From: Alphaproteobacteria bacterium
GTDB taxonomy: Bacteria > Pseudomonadota > Alphaproteobacteria > Rs-D84
DNA: 64,000 nt
Assembly: GCA_017534945.1 (NCBI GenBank)
Contig: JAFXVB010000024.1
Coordinates: forward strand, 19,546-83,545
Reading direction: 5' to 3'
The position numbers and the translations under genes are program-made. Below the pieces are notes generated by a model. That model searched no databases. It had not been told where the DNA came from and was given only the letters and a program-made list of their open reading frames with translations. This document shows, one piece after another, positions 46,447-55,957 of this stretch (the first letter of the stretch is position 1; each line of letters starts with the position of its first letter).

Positions 46447-46540
46447 GTTCAAAGTTCAAAGTGCAAAGTTCAGTTAATGCTGTGTGGCAAAGCCACACAC
46501 AATAATTGAACTCTGTACTCTGTAAACCAAACTCTGTAAA
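46447..46540. repeat. Second full copy of heptamer-based inverted-repeat (MITE-like) element
   Basis: The left arm gttcaaagttcaaagtgcaaagttcagttaatgctgtgtggc and the right arm gccacacacaataattgaactctgtactctgtaaaccaaactctgta are imperfect reverse complements. It is flanked by terminators on both sides. Confidence 0.6.
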
Positions 46541-46596
46541 AAGGTCGGCGATTGCCGACCTTTGTTTGTGACGGATAGATTTTGATTGATTTGTTA

Positions 46597-47934
46597 TCAA
46601 TCAAAAGGATTTTCCGCTTTTTCGTATTCAATTACAATTGGTAAGTGTTCCCAATGCAATGCTGTCGCAATTCCACGCCGCAAATAACGCGTGTATGATT
46701 CAGGTATATCCGATGCACCACCAACATTTATGCGCACACGCATTGGGTGGGTTCCAACCTGGCGCGCAAATTTAATTTTCATTGCGCGTTTCAATCGCGA
46801 CATTGGTGGTTGGCGTTGTTCAACCAATTTTTCAACAATTCTATTTAACAAACTGGTCGGGACGGTTGCGGTTGAAATATCCCACAATCCATAAATCCGT
46901 TTGAACATATTTTGAATGCCGGTACCCTTTTCCGCAGATATTGCCAAAATCATTGGCTTTATAATTTGATGAAAAGAATTTGTAAATTGATGTTTTAACT
47001 TTAACAATTTTTCATCACGAATTTCAGGTTCAACCAAATCCCATTTATTCAATGCAACACATAAAATCTTGCCCGCATCATATACACGCGCCGCAATCCC
47101 TAATGCCTGATTTTCTATATTCTTGGTTGCGTCAACAACCAAGATTACCACATCAGCCTTTTCAATCGAATCCAATGCCTTTAACGCAGACAATGTTTCA
47201 ACATCGTCGGTCACGCCCGCTTTGCGTCGCAAACCCGCCGTATCCATAATCACAATATCACGACCGTAAAAATGTGTTGGAATTTTGACAGTATCACGCG
47301 TAATTCCCGGTGCATCCATAACAATTTGACGGTTCACCCCCAAAACACGATTCACAAATGTAGATTTGCCAACATTGGGTTGTCCCAATACCGCAATTTT
47401 CAAACGCGTATCAGTGGTGTCTTCATTGGTTTCTACGGTTATATTTTTATCGTTGGCAACCCTATCGATAAATTCATATATTTCATCAAATCCGCGTTTG
47501 TGTTCCGCAGATATCATAACCGGCGCACCACACCCCAATTTGAAAAATTCGTGTGTATCGCCAATACGTTTTACAGATTCTGTTTTATTAGCCAATAACA
47601 ATACGGGTGCTTTACTTTTTCGATGAATCAATTTTGCCCATTCAATATCCATTGCCGTCAATCCAGCACGACCATCCACAACAAATAATATCGCATCCGC
47701 AGATTCAATCGCGGATATCGCCATATTCGTTGAATCCAGCGCAATTCCATTTTTTGCGTTTTCCAAACCGGCTGTATCATAAACATTAACCGCGCGGTCG
47801 CGCATGGTGCCAACCATTACATCACGTGTGACCCCGGGGCGATCGTGCACCAACGCATCACGCGTGCCAGTCAGCGCATTAAACAAAGTCGATTTCCCTG
47901 TATTGGGACGGCCAGCAATTATTAGTTTCATCAT
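46597..47934 (-). CDS. der: Ribosome-biogenesis GTPase Der (EngA)
   Basis: It has tandem GTPase domains (GRPNTGKSTLFNAL; GQPNVGKSTFVNRVLG) plus a KH-like C-terminus. Confidence 0.9.
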   Translation of the reverse strand: MMKLIIAGRPNTGKSTLFNALTGTRDALVHDRPGVTRDVMVGTMRDRAVNVYDTAGLENAKNGIALDSTNMAISAIESADAILFVVDGRAGLTAMDIEWAKLIHRKSKAPVLLLANKTESVKRIGDTHEFFKLGCGAPVMISAEHKRGFDEIYEFIDRVANDKNITVETNEDTTDTRLKIAVLGQPNVGKSTFVNRVLGVNRQIVMDAPGITRDTVKIPTHFYGRDIVIMDTAGLRRKAGVTDDVETLSALKALDSIEKADVVILVVDATKNIENQALGIAARVYDAGKILCVALNKWDLVEPEIRDEKLLKLKHQFTNSFHQIIKPMILAISAEKGTGIQNMFKRIYGLWDISTATVPTSLLNRIVEKLVEQRQPPMSRLKRAMKIKFARQVGTHPMRVRINVGGASDIPESYTRYLRRGIATALHWEHLPIVIEYEKAENPFD

Positions 47935-48004
47935 TTATTTTTCTCGTTGATTTTTTATAATTATAAAGCAAAAATATAAATAATCAAACAACAGAGGCAA
48001 AAAA

Positions 48005-48601
48005 ATGCATTACAAAACCAGAAAGATACTTACCAATATTCGCGACGCGATTATAAACCCAAAAAGTTTTTTCAAAAAAATCGTTGCCGATGGCAATATG
48101 GAAGAATCTATGTTGCGTGCATTTATCTATGGTTTGATTGGTGGCGTATTGGTGTTATTTTTCCGCCTGGTTGGTGGGGCAACGATTACAATCGGTTCTG
48201 TATTTGGTGCATTGGTTATTGTTCCTGTTTTGGCGGTTGCATTGTTGTTTATCATGGGCGGATTATTAATGTTGATAAGTGAAATTACCGGTGGCGAACG
48301 CGATTGGGAAATTGCAATAAAGGGATTGGCATCTGTATTTTTCATGTATCCTGTTATTTTGGTATTAAATGCGTTGGCGTTTAATTGCACTTCACTTTGG
48401 ATTATCAGTATTTTTGTTGATGTGTGGATGTTGTATATTTTGTATTGCTTGGGCGTGTATTGCATGCGTGGCAATCGGTTAAATGTTTTGATTGTTGTTG
48501 GCATATTGGCTGTATTTATGCTGACTGTGTATGTCAGTGATTACAGAATTGGCTGGTTTATGTTGAAAAATGCCGGCGCGACATTGGCTTGTTTGCTGTA
48601 A
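48005..48601 (+). CDS. Yip1-domain-like integral membrane protein
   Basis: 198 aa with 5 predicted TM helices and an N-terminal cytosolic segment. Confidence 0.45.
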   Translation: MHYKTRKILTNIRDAIINPKSFFKKIVADGNMEESMLRAFIYGLIGGVLVLFFRLVGGATITIGSVFGALVIVPVLAVALLFIMGGLLMLISEITGGERDWEIAIKGLASVFFMYPVILVLNALAFNCTSLWIISIFVDVWMLYILYCLGVYCMRGNRLNVLIVVGILAVFMLTVYVSDYRIGWFMLKNAGATLACLL

Positions 48602-48628
48602 TTCACAAAATTTTATTTGCAATCGTAT

Positions 48629-48656
48629 GTTTCGGGATTATAATAGTTCAAGGTTT
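48629..48656 (+). promoter_or_regulatory. Sigma70-like promoter for pnp (TTGCAA-16-TATAAT)
   Basis: It is near-consensus, about 120 nt upstream of the pnp start. pnp is not linked to rpsO here. Confidence 0.4.
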
Positions 48657-48779
48657 GCGGGGGGCAATTATTCATTTTTACGCTTTTTATTTTGGATAAT
48701 TAAACGCCCAAGAGTGTAAAAACGAATGATTTTCTCCGCAAAAGTTGAAAAATAATAACTTTAAAATATGGAGAAAACT

Positions 48780-50960
48780 ATGTTATTTGGTTTTAAAAGT
48801 AAAAAAAATGATGCGGCGACGCATCCTTTGAACAACCCTGTTGCGGTTGAAATTAAATATGGCGATGAAACATTGCGCTTGGAAACAGGTCGTATGGCAA
48901 AACAGGCAAACGGTGCCGTTTTGGCGACAATGGGTGGAACCATGGTTTTAGCCACCGTTTGTGCTGAAAAATCTGCGGTCGAAGGTCAAGATTTCTTTCC
49001 GTTAACCGTTGATTACCAAGAAAAATTTGCGTCCGCCGGTCGTATTCCTGGCACACGTGACAGACGCGAAGGCAAACCATCAACCGCGGAAACATTGACC
49101 GCGCGTTTGATTGACCGTCCTATTCGTCCTTTGTTCCCAGAAACATTTAAAAACAAAGTGCAAATTATTGCCCAGGTGTTTTCATATGACCACAAAAATC
49201 AACCTGATATTTTGGCAATGATTGCGTCAAGCGCGGCATTGGCTTTGTCCGGCGTTCCATTTGCCGGCCCAATTGGCGCGGCACGCGTTGGTTATGTTGA
49301 TGGCGAATATGTTTTAAACCCATCCAGACGCGATGTTGATAAAAAATCTGAAATGGATTTGGTTGTTGCCGCAACATGCGATGGTGTGTTGATGGTGGAA
49401 TCTGAAATCGGTGAATTGGACGAAGAAACCACCTTGGGCGCGGTTAAATTCGGTTTTGATGCACAACAAACTGTGATTAAAGCAATCAATGAATTGGTGA
49501 AACAGGCCGGTAAAGAACGTTGGGAAACACCTGAAAACACCGAAGAATACAAGGTTATGGAAAAAGATTTTGCTTCATTTAATGAACAAATCGAAAACGC
49601 TTTGTTGATAAAAGAAAAGTTGCACAGATTGGAAACTTTGGCGGATATTCATGCCCAGGCAAAGGCAAGAATCCCTGAATTATTCCCAGAAACAATTACC
49701 GCAACATCCACTTTGGAATCTTGGGCGGATGAAATTGTTGAAAATTTGACTGCACACATCATGCGCAGCAATATCTTGGCCGGCAAACCACGTATTGATG
49801 GTCGTGATACAAAAACTGTGCGTCCAATTGAAATTGAATTGGGTGTATTACCACGCGCACATGGGTCTGCATTGTTTACACGCGGTGAAACCCAGGCTTT
49901 GGTGTCATTGACATTGGGTGGTGGCAAAGATGCGTTGCCAATCGAAAGTTTGGATGGCGATGATGAACGCGATTTCATTTTGAACTATAATTTCCCGGGT
50001 TATTCTGTGGGCGAAGCCAAGGGTTTAAAGTCCCCAGGTCGTCGCGAATTAGGACATGGAAATTTGGCATGGCGCGCATTGCACCCAATGATGCCAAGTC
50101 GTGAAAAGTTCGATTATGTTGTTCGTGTTTGCAGTGATATTTTGGAATCAAACGGTTCTTCATCAATGGCAACAACATGCGGTGCAACATTGGCAATGAT
50201 GGACGGTGGTGTGCCAATTACACGCCCTGTTGCCGGTATTGCCATGGGGTTAATCAAAGAAGGTGATGATTACGCCATTTTAACCGATATTTTGGGCGAC
50301 GAAGACCATTTGGGCGATATGGACTTTAAAGTGACCGGAACCAAAGATGGTATTACTGCGTTGCAAATGGATATCAAAATCACTTCTATTACTTTCGAAA
50401 TTATGAAGCATGCTTTGGAACAAGCAAAGGCCGGTCGTATGCATATTTTGGGTAAAATCGAAAATGCAATCGCGGCACCACGCGAAAATGTTTCAAAATA
50501 TGCACCACAAATCTATACAATCAATATCAATCCTGAAAAGATTCGCGAAGTCATCGGCAAAGGTGGCGTTGTCATCCAGGCTTTGGTTCGCGAAACAAAT
50601 ACTACGATTGATTTGGAAGATGACGGAACGGTCAAAATCTTGGCAACAACACGCGAAGATGCAGATGCCGCCATTGCACGTATCAAAGAAATTTGTGCAG
50701 AACCCGAAGTTGGTGAAATTTACAAAGGTGTCGTCACTGGAATCAAAGATTTTGGTATCTTTGTAAAAATTATGAACAACTTTGAATCTATGGTTCATAT
50801 TTCCGAAATTACCGGTAAGCATTTGAAAAAAATCGAAGATGCCGGTATCCACGAAGGCGATACAGTGTATGTCAAATATACCGGTATAGATTCACGTGGA
50901 AAAACCCGTTTCAGTATGATTGGTATCAATCAAGAAACAGGTAAAGAAATTGAAAAATAA
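48780..50960 (+). CDS. pnp: Polyribonucleotide nucleotidyltransferase (PNPase)
   Basis: The RBS GGAG-N7-ATG precedes two RNase PH domains, a KH domain and an S1 domain (…GKGGVVIQALVRETN…; …EVGEIYKGVVTGIKDFG…). There is an extra roughly 20-aa N-terminal extension. Confidence 0.9.
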   Translation: MLFGFKSKKNDAATHPLNNPVAVEIKYGDETLRLETGRMAKQANGAVLATMGGTMVLATVCAEKSAVEGQDFFPLTVDYQEKFASAGRIPGTRDRREGKPSTAETLTARLIDRPIRPLFPETFKNKVQIIAQVFSYDHKNQPDILAMIASSAALALSGVPFAGPIGAARVGYVDGEYVLNPSRRDVDKKSEMDLVVAATCDGVLMVESEIGELDEETTLGAVKFGFDAQQTVIKAINELVKQAGKERWETPENTEEYKVMEKDFASFNEQIENALLIKEKLHRLETLADIHAQAKARIPELFPETITATSTLESWADEIVENLTAHIMRSNILAGKPRIDGRDTKTVRPIEIELGVLPRAHGSALFTRGETQALVSLTLGGGKDALPIESLDGDDERDFILNYNFPGYSVGEAKGLKSPGRRELGHGNLAWRALHPMMPSREKFDYVVRVCSDILESNGSSSMATTCGATLAMMDGGVPITRPVAGIAMGLIKEGDDYAILTDILGDEDHLGDMDFKVTGTKDGITALQMDIKITSITFEIMKHALEQAKAGRMHILGKIENAIAAPRENVSKYAPQIYTININPEKIREVIGKGGVVIQALVRETNTTIDLEDDGTVKILATTREDADAAIARIKEICAEPEVGEIYKGVVTGIKDFGIFVKIMNNFESMVHISEITGKHLKKIEDAGIHEGDTVYVKYTGIDSRGKTRFSMIGINQETGKEIEK

Positions 50961-51011
50961 TAAACATACGGCCCCCGTTTTGGGGGCTTGGTTTTGTCAA
51001 AAGGAATTATA

Positions 51012-51311
51012 ATGAACATTGATGAAATGATGGCCCAGGCCAAAGATTTGCAAGCACGCGTGGCGGCGGCCCAGGATGATTTGGCAAAAATTACCGTCAA
51101 AGGTTTGGCGGCAAACGGTGCGTGCATTGTCGAAATGACAGGTAAATATGATATTGTGAAAGTCATTATTACCGATGACGCAATGAAAAACACCGCCACA
51201 GACCTATCAAAAATCGTCGCACAAGCGTTTTGTGATGCAAAAGATAAAGCAGATGCCCTTATTGATAAAGCGATGTCAGCGGCGACCGCAGGCGTTAATT
51301 TACCGTTCTAA
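51012..51311 (+). CDS. ybaB: Nucleoid-associated protein YbaB/EbfC
   Basis: …DLQARVAAAQDDLAKITVKGLAANGACIVEMTGKYDIVKVIITDD…GVNLPF matches the YbaB family, including the terminal LPF. Confidence 0.8.
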   Translation: MNIDEMMAQAKDLQARVAAAQDDLAKITVKGLAANGACIVEMTGKYDIVKVIITDDAMKNTATDLSKIVAQAFCDAKDKADALIDKAMSAATAGVNLPF

Positions 51312-51340
51312 CAAAATATCGGCAAACGCCGATATTTTGT

Positions 51341-51378
51341 TAAAGTTCAAAGTTCAAAGTACAAAGTTCAGTTAATGA
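51341..51378. repeat. Half-copy of heptamer repeat element between two terminators
   Basis: ttaaagttcaaagttcaaagtacaaagttcagttaatg. It is flanked by the terminators 51315-51340 (atatcggcaaacgccgatat) and 51379-51413 (aaccgcctagatttaggcggtgtttttttt). Confidence 0.55.
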
Positions 51379-51412
51379 TAAAAAACCGCCTAGATTTAGG
51401 CGGTGTTTTTTT

Positions 51413-51958
51413 TTATTTTGCTTTCACTGGGGCGACAATAATTGATTTTGTTCGTTCATCTGGTTTAGATTTCGATTCCAGTGTGCCACGTTCACCGATT
51501 ATTTCCATAATGTGTGCAAATAATTCTGGAACCGCGTCCCTACCCTGACCCAAGACACGTTTGTTTCCCTTGGTCATGACGGAAATTTTAACTTTGTCGC
51601 CATCATCCAAAAATTCAAAAACCTTTTTCATTTTGATTTTCAAATCGTTTTCTTCGATAAATGGCTTTACCCATACATCACGCATACCAACATTTTTTTG
51701 ATTCTTTTTCGCTTCGGCGGCACGTTTTTTTTGATCATATTTGAATTTGCCATAATCCATAATTTTCGTAATTGGCACATCACCCGAAGAATTAATCTCA
51801 ACCAAATCCATTCCGGCATTTAATGCCAATTCCAGCGCAGCCGCTGTGGACATAACACCCATATTTTGACCATCATGGTTAATTACCTGAACAGATTTTG
51901 CAAAAATCCGGTTGTTCATGCGTGGACCGTTATCACGCTTGTTATCACGGTTATTCAT
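51413..51958 (-). CDS. infC: Translation initiation factor IF-3
   Basis: …LELALNAGMDLVEINSSGDVPITKIMDYGKFKYDQKKRAAEAKKNQK… matches the IF3 family. Confidence 0.85.
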   Translation of the reverse strand: MNNRDNKRDNGPRMNNRIFAKSVQVINHDGQNMGVMSTAAALELALNAGMDLVEINSSGDVPITKIMDYGKFKYDQKKRAAEAKKNQKNVGMRDVWVKPFIEENDLKIKMKKVFEFLDDGDKVKISVMTKGNKRVLGQGRDAVPELFAHIMEIIGERGTLESKSKPDERTKSIIVAPVKAK

Positions 51959-52013
51959 ATTTGGTTTAATTGTAGGCTCCTTTGTAATTACCTGGGGTAA
52001 TTATTGAATATAT

Positions 52014-52781
52014 TTATTGGTTTTTCAACAATTTTTGCAATTCTTGTAATGCCGACCAAACTTCGCGTTTCGCAGACGGTTTTAACAGCAAATAATTTGG
52101 ATGATAAATCGGCATAACCGGCGTACCATTGGCGTTTTGTACAACTTTGCCATGACTTGATGATATTTTTATATCCGCCACTTCGATTGCCGGGGTCGCC
52201 CCAAGTGTCAATATCATCGTTGGGTGTAAAAATTCCATTAACCGTCGCACAAACGGACGCGACAAAGACAATTCTTCGTTCGTCGGTGTACGACCACCTG
52301 GGGTGCGCCAAAATATAATTGGCACAATTGATACTATGTCGCGATTCATACCAATTGCCGCCAACATTTTATCCAATAAATCGCCCGCATTGCCCGATAA
52401 AATTTTACCGGTTGCATCATCGTCCGCGCCAGGAACATCGGTCACAATGACCAATCCGTTTGGATTTTTTGCGATGTTTGGCAAAACCACATTTGTTCCC
52501 ACAGTACGCAAAGGATGATTAAATTCTGCAATCATACGAATCAAGTTTTCTATATCGATTGGACGCGATGCCATAGATTCCGCCATATCAACAGACATTG
52601 TTGTGGTTGGCGCAATTGGTGGTACAACGGTCACATTTGCACGAACATCATTTATATTTTGTTCTTTGGGTGATGTTTGTTGCATATTTGCCGCCCATTT
52701 TGCACGTACAACCATTGGAACATCTGTGATTTCCCACTGAACACCGGCCAAACTTAGGTCTTTTATACTATAATCGTTCAT
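52014..52781 (-). CDS. Uracil-DNA glycosylase, family 4 type with N-terminal extension
   Basis: …TDVPGADDDATGKILSGNAGDLLDKML…IYHPNYLLLKP… matches the family-4 UDG motifs (GE/DxPG…G…AG; HPS-like). Confidence 0.65.
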   Translation of the reverse strand: MNDYSIKDLSLAGVQWEITDVPMVVRAKWAANMQQTSPKEQNINDVRANVTVVPPIAPTTTMSVDMAESMASRPIDIENLIRMIAEFNHPLRTVGTNVVLPNIAKNPNGLVIVTDVPGADDDATGKILSGNAGDLLDKMLAAIGMNRDIVSIVPIIFWRTPGGRTPTNEELSLSRPFVRRLMEFLHPTMILTLGATPAIEVADIKISSSHGKVVQNANGTPVMPIYHPNYLLLKPSAKREVWSALQELQKLLKNQ

Positions 52782-52862
52782 TTTTTTATGTTTCCCCTTG
52801 CTTTTGGACTTATTTTAGTATAAAATATACCACGAGTAACAAAAACTCAAGGGAGTATTTTC

Positions 52863-53279
52863 ATGAAAGTAAAAAACTTTGCATTGTTGGCAGGTGTTGC
52901 AGGCATGTTGGCCGCTTGTGGCGGTTCCAGTGTCGTTGAACCAGCTGACTTGAATAATCAACGCGTATTCTTCGCATTTAATTCTTCTGAAATTTCCAAA
53001 GAAGCAAACGACAATTTGTTGGCTCAATCTTTGTATATGAAAAATCATGAAGATGTAAAAGTCCAAATTGCTGGTAATTGCGACGAACGCGGTTCCACAG
53101 AATACAACTTGGCATTGGGTGCACGTCGTGCAAACGCCGCAAAAGCAGTGTTGGTAAATGACGGTATCGATGCAAAACGTATTTCTACTATTTCATACGG
53201 TAAAGAACGTCCTTTGGTCAAAGGAACCGGCGAAAACGTTTGGAAATGGAATCGTAACGCAACAACAACTGTTAAATAA
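52863..53279 (+). CDS. pal: Peptidoglycan-associated lipoprotein Pal
   Basis: The lipobox is LAACGG. The OmpA-like domain is …VQIAGNCDERGSTEYNLALGARRANAAKAVLV…ISYGKERP. Confidence 0.85.
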   Translation: MKVKNFALLAGVAGMLAACGGSSVVEPADLNNQRVFFAFNSSEISKEANDNLLAQSLYMKNHEDVKVQIAGNCDERGSTEYNLALGARRANAAKAVLVNDGIDAKRISTISYGKERPLVKGTGENVWKWNRNATTTVK

Positions 53280-53302
53280 TAGTTGGTTGAAAAATTCTAT
53301 AA

Positions 53303-53333
53303 AAAACACCGGCGTTTGCCGGTGTTTTTTATA
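53303..53333 (+). terminator. Intrinsic terminator after pal (CACCGGC-N4-GCCGGTG family)
   Basis: aaaaaacaccggc-gttt-gccggtgtttttta. A second hairpin at 53363-53391 (agccggt-gttt-gccggctttttt) terminates the convergent parB. Confidence 0.65.
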
Positions 53334-53389
53334 GAGTTCAAATAATGATACATTATACATATAAAAAAGCCGGTGTTTGCCGGCTTTTT

Positions 53390-54271
53390 TTAACATTTTT
53401 TTAATTTTTCAATCAATTCGTTCATTTCCAAACGATTGTTGAATTTCAGTGTAATTTGCCCTGCTCCGCCGCGGCGTTCGGTTATTTTTGCCGGCACTTT
53501 TAATGATTTTTGAATATCGTTTTCCATTTTTTTAATGTCGGCGACGGCAATTGTTTTGCTTGTAAATTGCCGAGATTTGCCGGCCCTTTTCGAGTTTTTT
53601 ACCAATGTGCCGGCATCCGCCACAGATAATTTATTTTCAACGATTTCACGCGCCAGTTTTATTGGGTTATCCGCCACCGCAATTGTACGCGCATGGGACG
53701 CGGAAATTTCGCCATCGGCCACCATTTTACGCACAGATTCTGGTAAATCCAATATACGCATTGAATTGCGAATATAACTTGTTGATTTTCCAATTAAACG
53801 CGATACATCCGCCATATCATAATTACATTTTTCAATTAAATTTTTATACGCAGCGCCCTCTTCCACCGGATCCAGATTTTCACGTTGAACGTTTTCAATC
53901 AATGCAATTTCCATTGCGTTATGGTCATCTAATTTCTTTACAACCGCCGGAATTTCAGTAAGTCCAGCCATTTTAGACGCACGAAAACGCCGTTCGCCGG
54001 CAACAATTTCATAATTATAAGGTTGATTTTGAACCGCACGCAATAAAATCGGTTGCAACACGCCCTTTTCTTTGATTGATGCCGCCAAATCATTTAATTC
54101 AGCATCACGAAAAGTCTTGCGCGGTTGGTCGGGATTTGCACCAATTTGTGCAAGCGGTATTTGTTTAATAACAACACGTTCACCACCGGTTAAAATGGAA
54201 ATATCAGGCAATTCACCCATCCCAGCCTGAATATCCGCCAAACCACGTCCCAATCCAAATTTAGATGCCAT
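53390..54271 (-). CDS. parB: Chromosome partitioning protein ParB
   Basis: …LGRGLADIQAG…, GERRFRASKMAGLTEIPAVV and an HTH region. Confidence 0.9.
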   Translation of the reverse strand: MASKFGLGRGLADIQAGMGELPDISILTGGERVVIKQIPLAQIGANPDQPRKTFRDAELNDLAASIKEKGVLQPILLRAVQNQPYNYEIVAGERRFRASKMAGLTEIPAVVKKLDDHNAMEIALIENVQRENLDPVEEGAAYKNLIEKCNYDMADVSRLIGKSTSYIRNSMRILDLPESVRKMVADGEISASHARTIAVADNPIKLAREIVENKLSVADAGTLVKNSKRAGKSRQFTSKTIAVADIKKMENDIQKSLKVPAKITERRGGAGQITLKFNNRLEMNELIEKLKKC

Positions 54272-55046
54272 TTTTATCCTCCAAATCTAATTTATTTACA
54301 ATTTCGGTTGCGACACGCAAATAACTTTGCGCCCCGGTTGAATTAAAATCATAAAATAATGCCGGTTTTCCATGACTTGGTGCCTCTGCCACACGAACAT
54401 TGCGCGGAATAACAGTTTTAAACACCATATCGCCAAATGTTTTTCGCACATCATTTTCAGCATCACGTGTCATGGAATAACGTTTATCATACATCGTCAA
54501 TAACACACCCAATATATGCAATTTCGGATTCCATTTTTCCCGTACCACATTGATAGTATTTACCAATTGGCGAATTCCTTCCAATGCAAAAAATTCACAT
54601 TGCAGCGGGATTATCACACTGTCGGCGGCATTTAATGCATTTAATGTTAAATGACCCAAAGCCGGTGGACAATCCAATAAAATAAAATCATAATAATCCA
54701 ATATCGGTTTCAAAGCATCACGCAAACGATATTCACGATTTTCAACATCCAAAAGGTCAACTTCTGCGCCTGCTAATTCAAGTCCAGACGGCAAAAGATG
54801 AAGATTTGGAACCGCCGTTGTTAAAATATTATTCGATATGCTATCCGTTCCCATAATAACGCCGTAAACACTTTGTTTATGTTGAGCCCGCACAAAACCC
54901 AAGCCAGTTCCGGCATTACCTTGTTGATCTAAATCAATCAACAAAACGCGTTTTTTTATCGCCGCCAAAGACGCACCGATATTAATTGCCGTTGTGGTTT
55001 TACCCACCCCGCCCTTTTGATTTGCAAATGCGATTATTTTCGTCAT
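54261..55046 (-). CDS. parA: Chromosome partitioning ATPase ParA/Soj
   Basis: MTKIIAFANQKGGVGKTTTAINIGASLA… is the deviant Walker A. Confidence 0.9.
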   Translation of the reverse strand: MTKIIAFANQKGGVGKTTTAINIGASLAAIKKRVLLIDLDQQGNAGTGLGFVRAQHKQSVYGVIMGTDSISNNILTTAVPNLHLLPSGLELAGAEVDLLDVENREYRLRDALKPILDYYDFILLDCPPALGHLTLNALNAADSVIIPLQCEFFALEGIRQLVNTINVVREKWNPKLHILGVLLTMYDKRYSMTRDAENDVRKTFGDMVFKTVIPRNVRVAEAPSHGKPALFYDFNSTGAQSYLRVATEIVNKLDLEDKNGI

Positions 55047-55373
55047 GTAAATTCACTTCCTTTTTTCAATTCAAATAATAGGCAATTTTTTTCGATTCGG
55101 TCAAGCAATATAAAAAACATATATAAAAATACAGTATTTTCAAATAAATATTTCTTATTTCACATGAAACAACACTATTTATTCACATTGTTATTTTTTA
55201 CCGGCATTTTTATAAAAAACACCGGTAAATGCCGGTGATTTTTTTAACAATAATATTTATAAATTATTTTAACAGTAAAAAACATATAAAAACACCGGCA
55301 AAAGCCGGCAATTTTTGTTTCAAATTTTGTGTTTTACGTATTTTCAATTGGTTGTGCATTATTTCACATGAAA

Positions 55374-55931
55374 TTATTTTGCCTTTTTAACAATCATAAT
55401 AAAACCGTCCCCAGTTGTTGATGGAAACAATTCAAAATCAAAGTGATATTGTTGTTTTGCGGCATCAACTTCGAACATAACATCCCGGCCTTTTAATAAA
55501 AAAAGTTCATATTCCGTTGAACCAACATAGTTCAAAATCTTTGTTAACGACGCAAATGCACGCGCAGTAAATATGTATTTGTTATTACGCGGTAATTGTG
55601 CAATATAATTTTCAACACGACCATGATATATGCACAAATTATCCAAATTTAATTCTTGTTTCACCGCAGTTAAAAATTTTACTTTTTTGGCAATCGATTC
55701 TATACAGGTCACATTCCAACCGAGTATCGCCAAAACGACCCCAGGAAAACCGGCACCACTGCCCAAATCGATTATATCAACATCCGCAGGCAAATATTTT
55801 GCCAATTGTGCCGAATCAGCAATATGACGGTTATCAATATCGTTCAAAGTGCTGGACGCGACTAAATTCATGCGCTTTGACCATTCGCACAACAAATTTT
55901 TATATTTTTCAAATTTATATTTGTTTTCCAT
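55374..55931 (-). CDS. rsmG: 16S rRNA (guanine527-N7)-methyltransferase
   Basis: …DIIDLGSGAGFPGVVLAILGWNVTCIES… SAM-binding motif. 185 aa. Confidence 0.85.
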   Translation of the reverse strand: MENKYKFEKYKNLLCEWSKRMNLVASSTLNDIDNRHIADSAQLAKYLPADVDIIDLGSGAGFPGVVLAILGWNVTCIESIAKKVKFLTAVKQELNLDNLCIYHGRVENYIAQLPRNNKYIFTARAFASLTKILNYVGSTEYELFLLKGRDVMFEVDAAKQQYHFDFELFPSTTGDGFIMIVKKAK

Positions 55932-55957
55932 AAAAAATATTTTAACATATAAAAGTC

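Noticed and set aside
55047-55373. Possible oriC (near-consensus DnaA box TTATTCACA at about 55181; 15-nt direct repeat TTATTTCACATGAAA at 55157 and 55359) next to parAB-rsmG
   Set aside because: There is only one near-consensus box, no cluster of DnaA boxes or AT-rich 13-mers, and mnmG is absent. The region is better explained by two terminator hairpins. It is not supportable from sequence alone.
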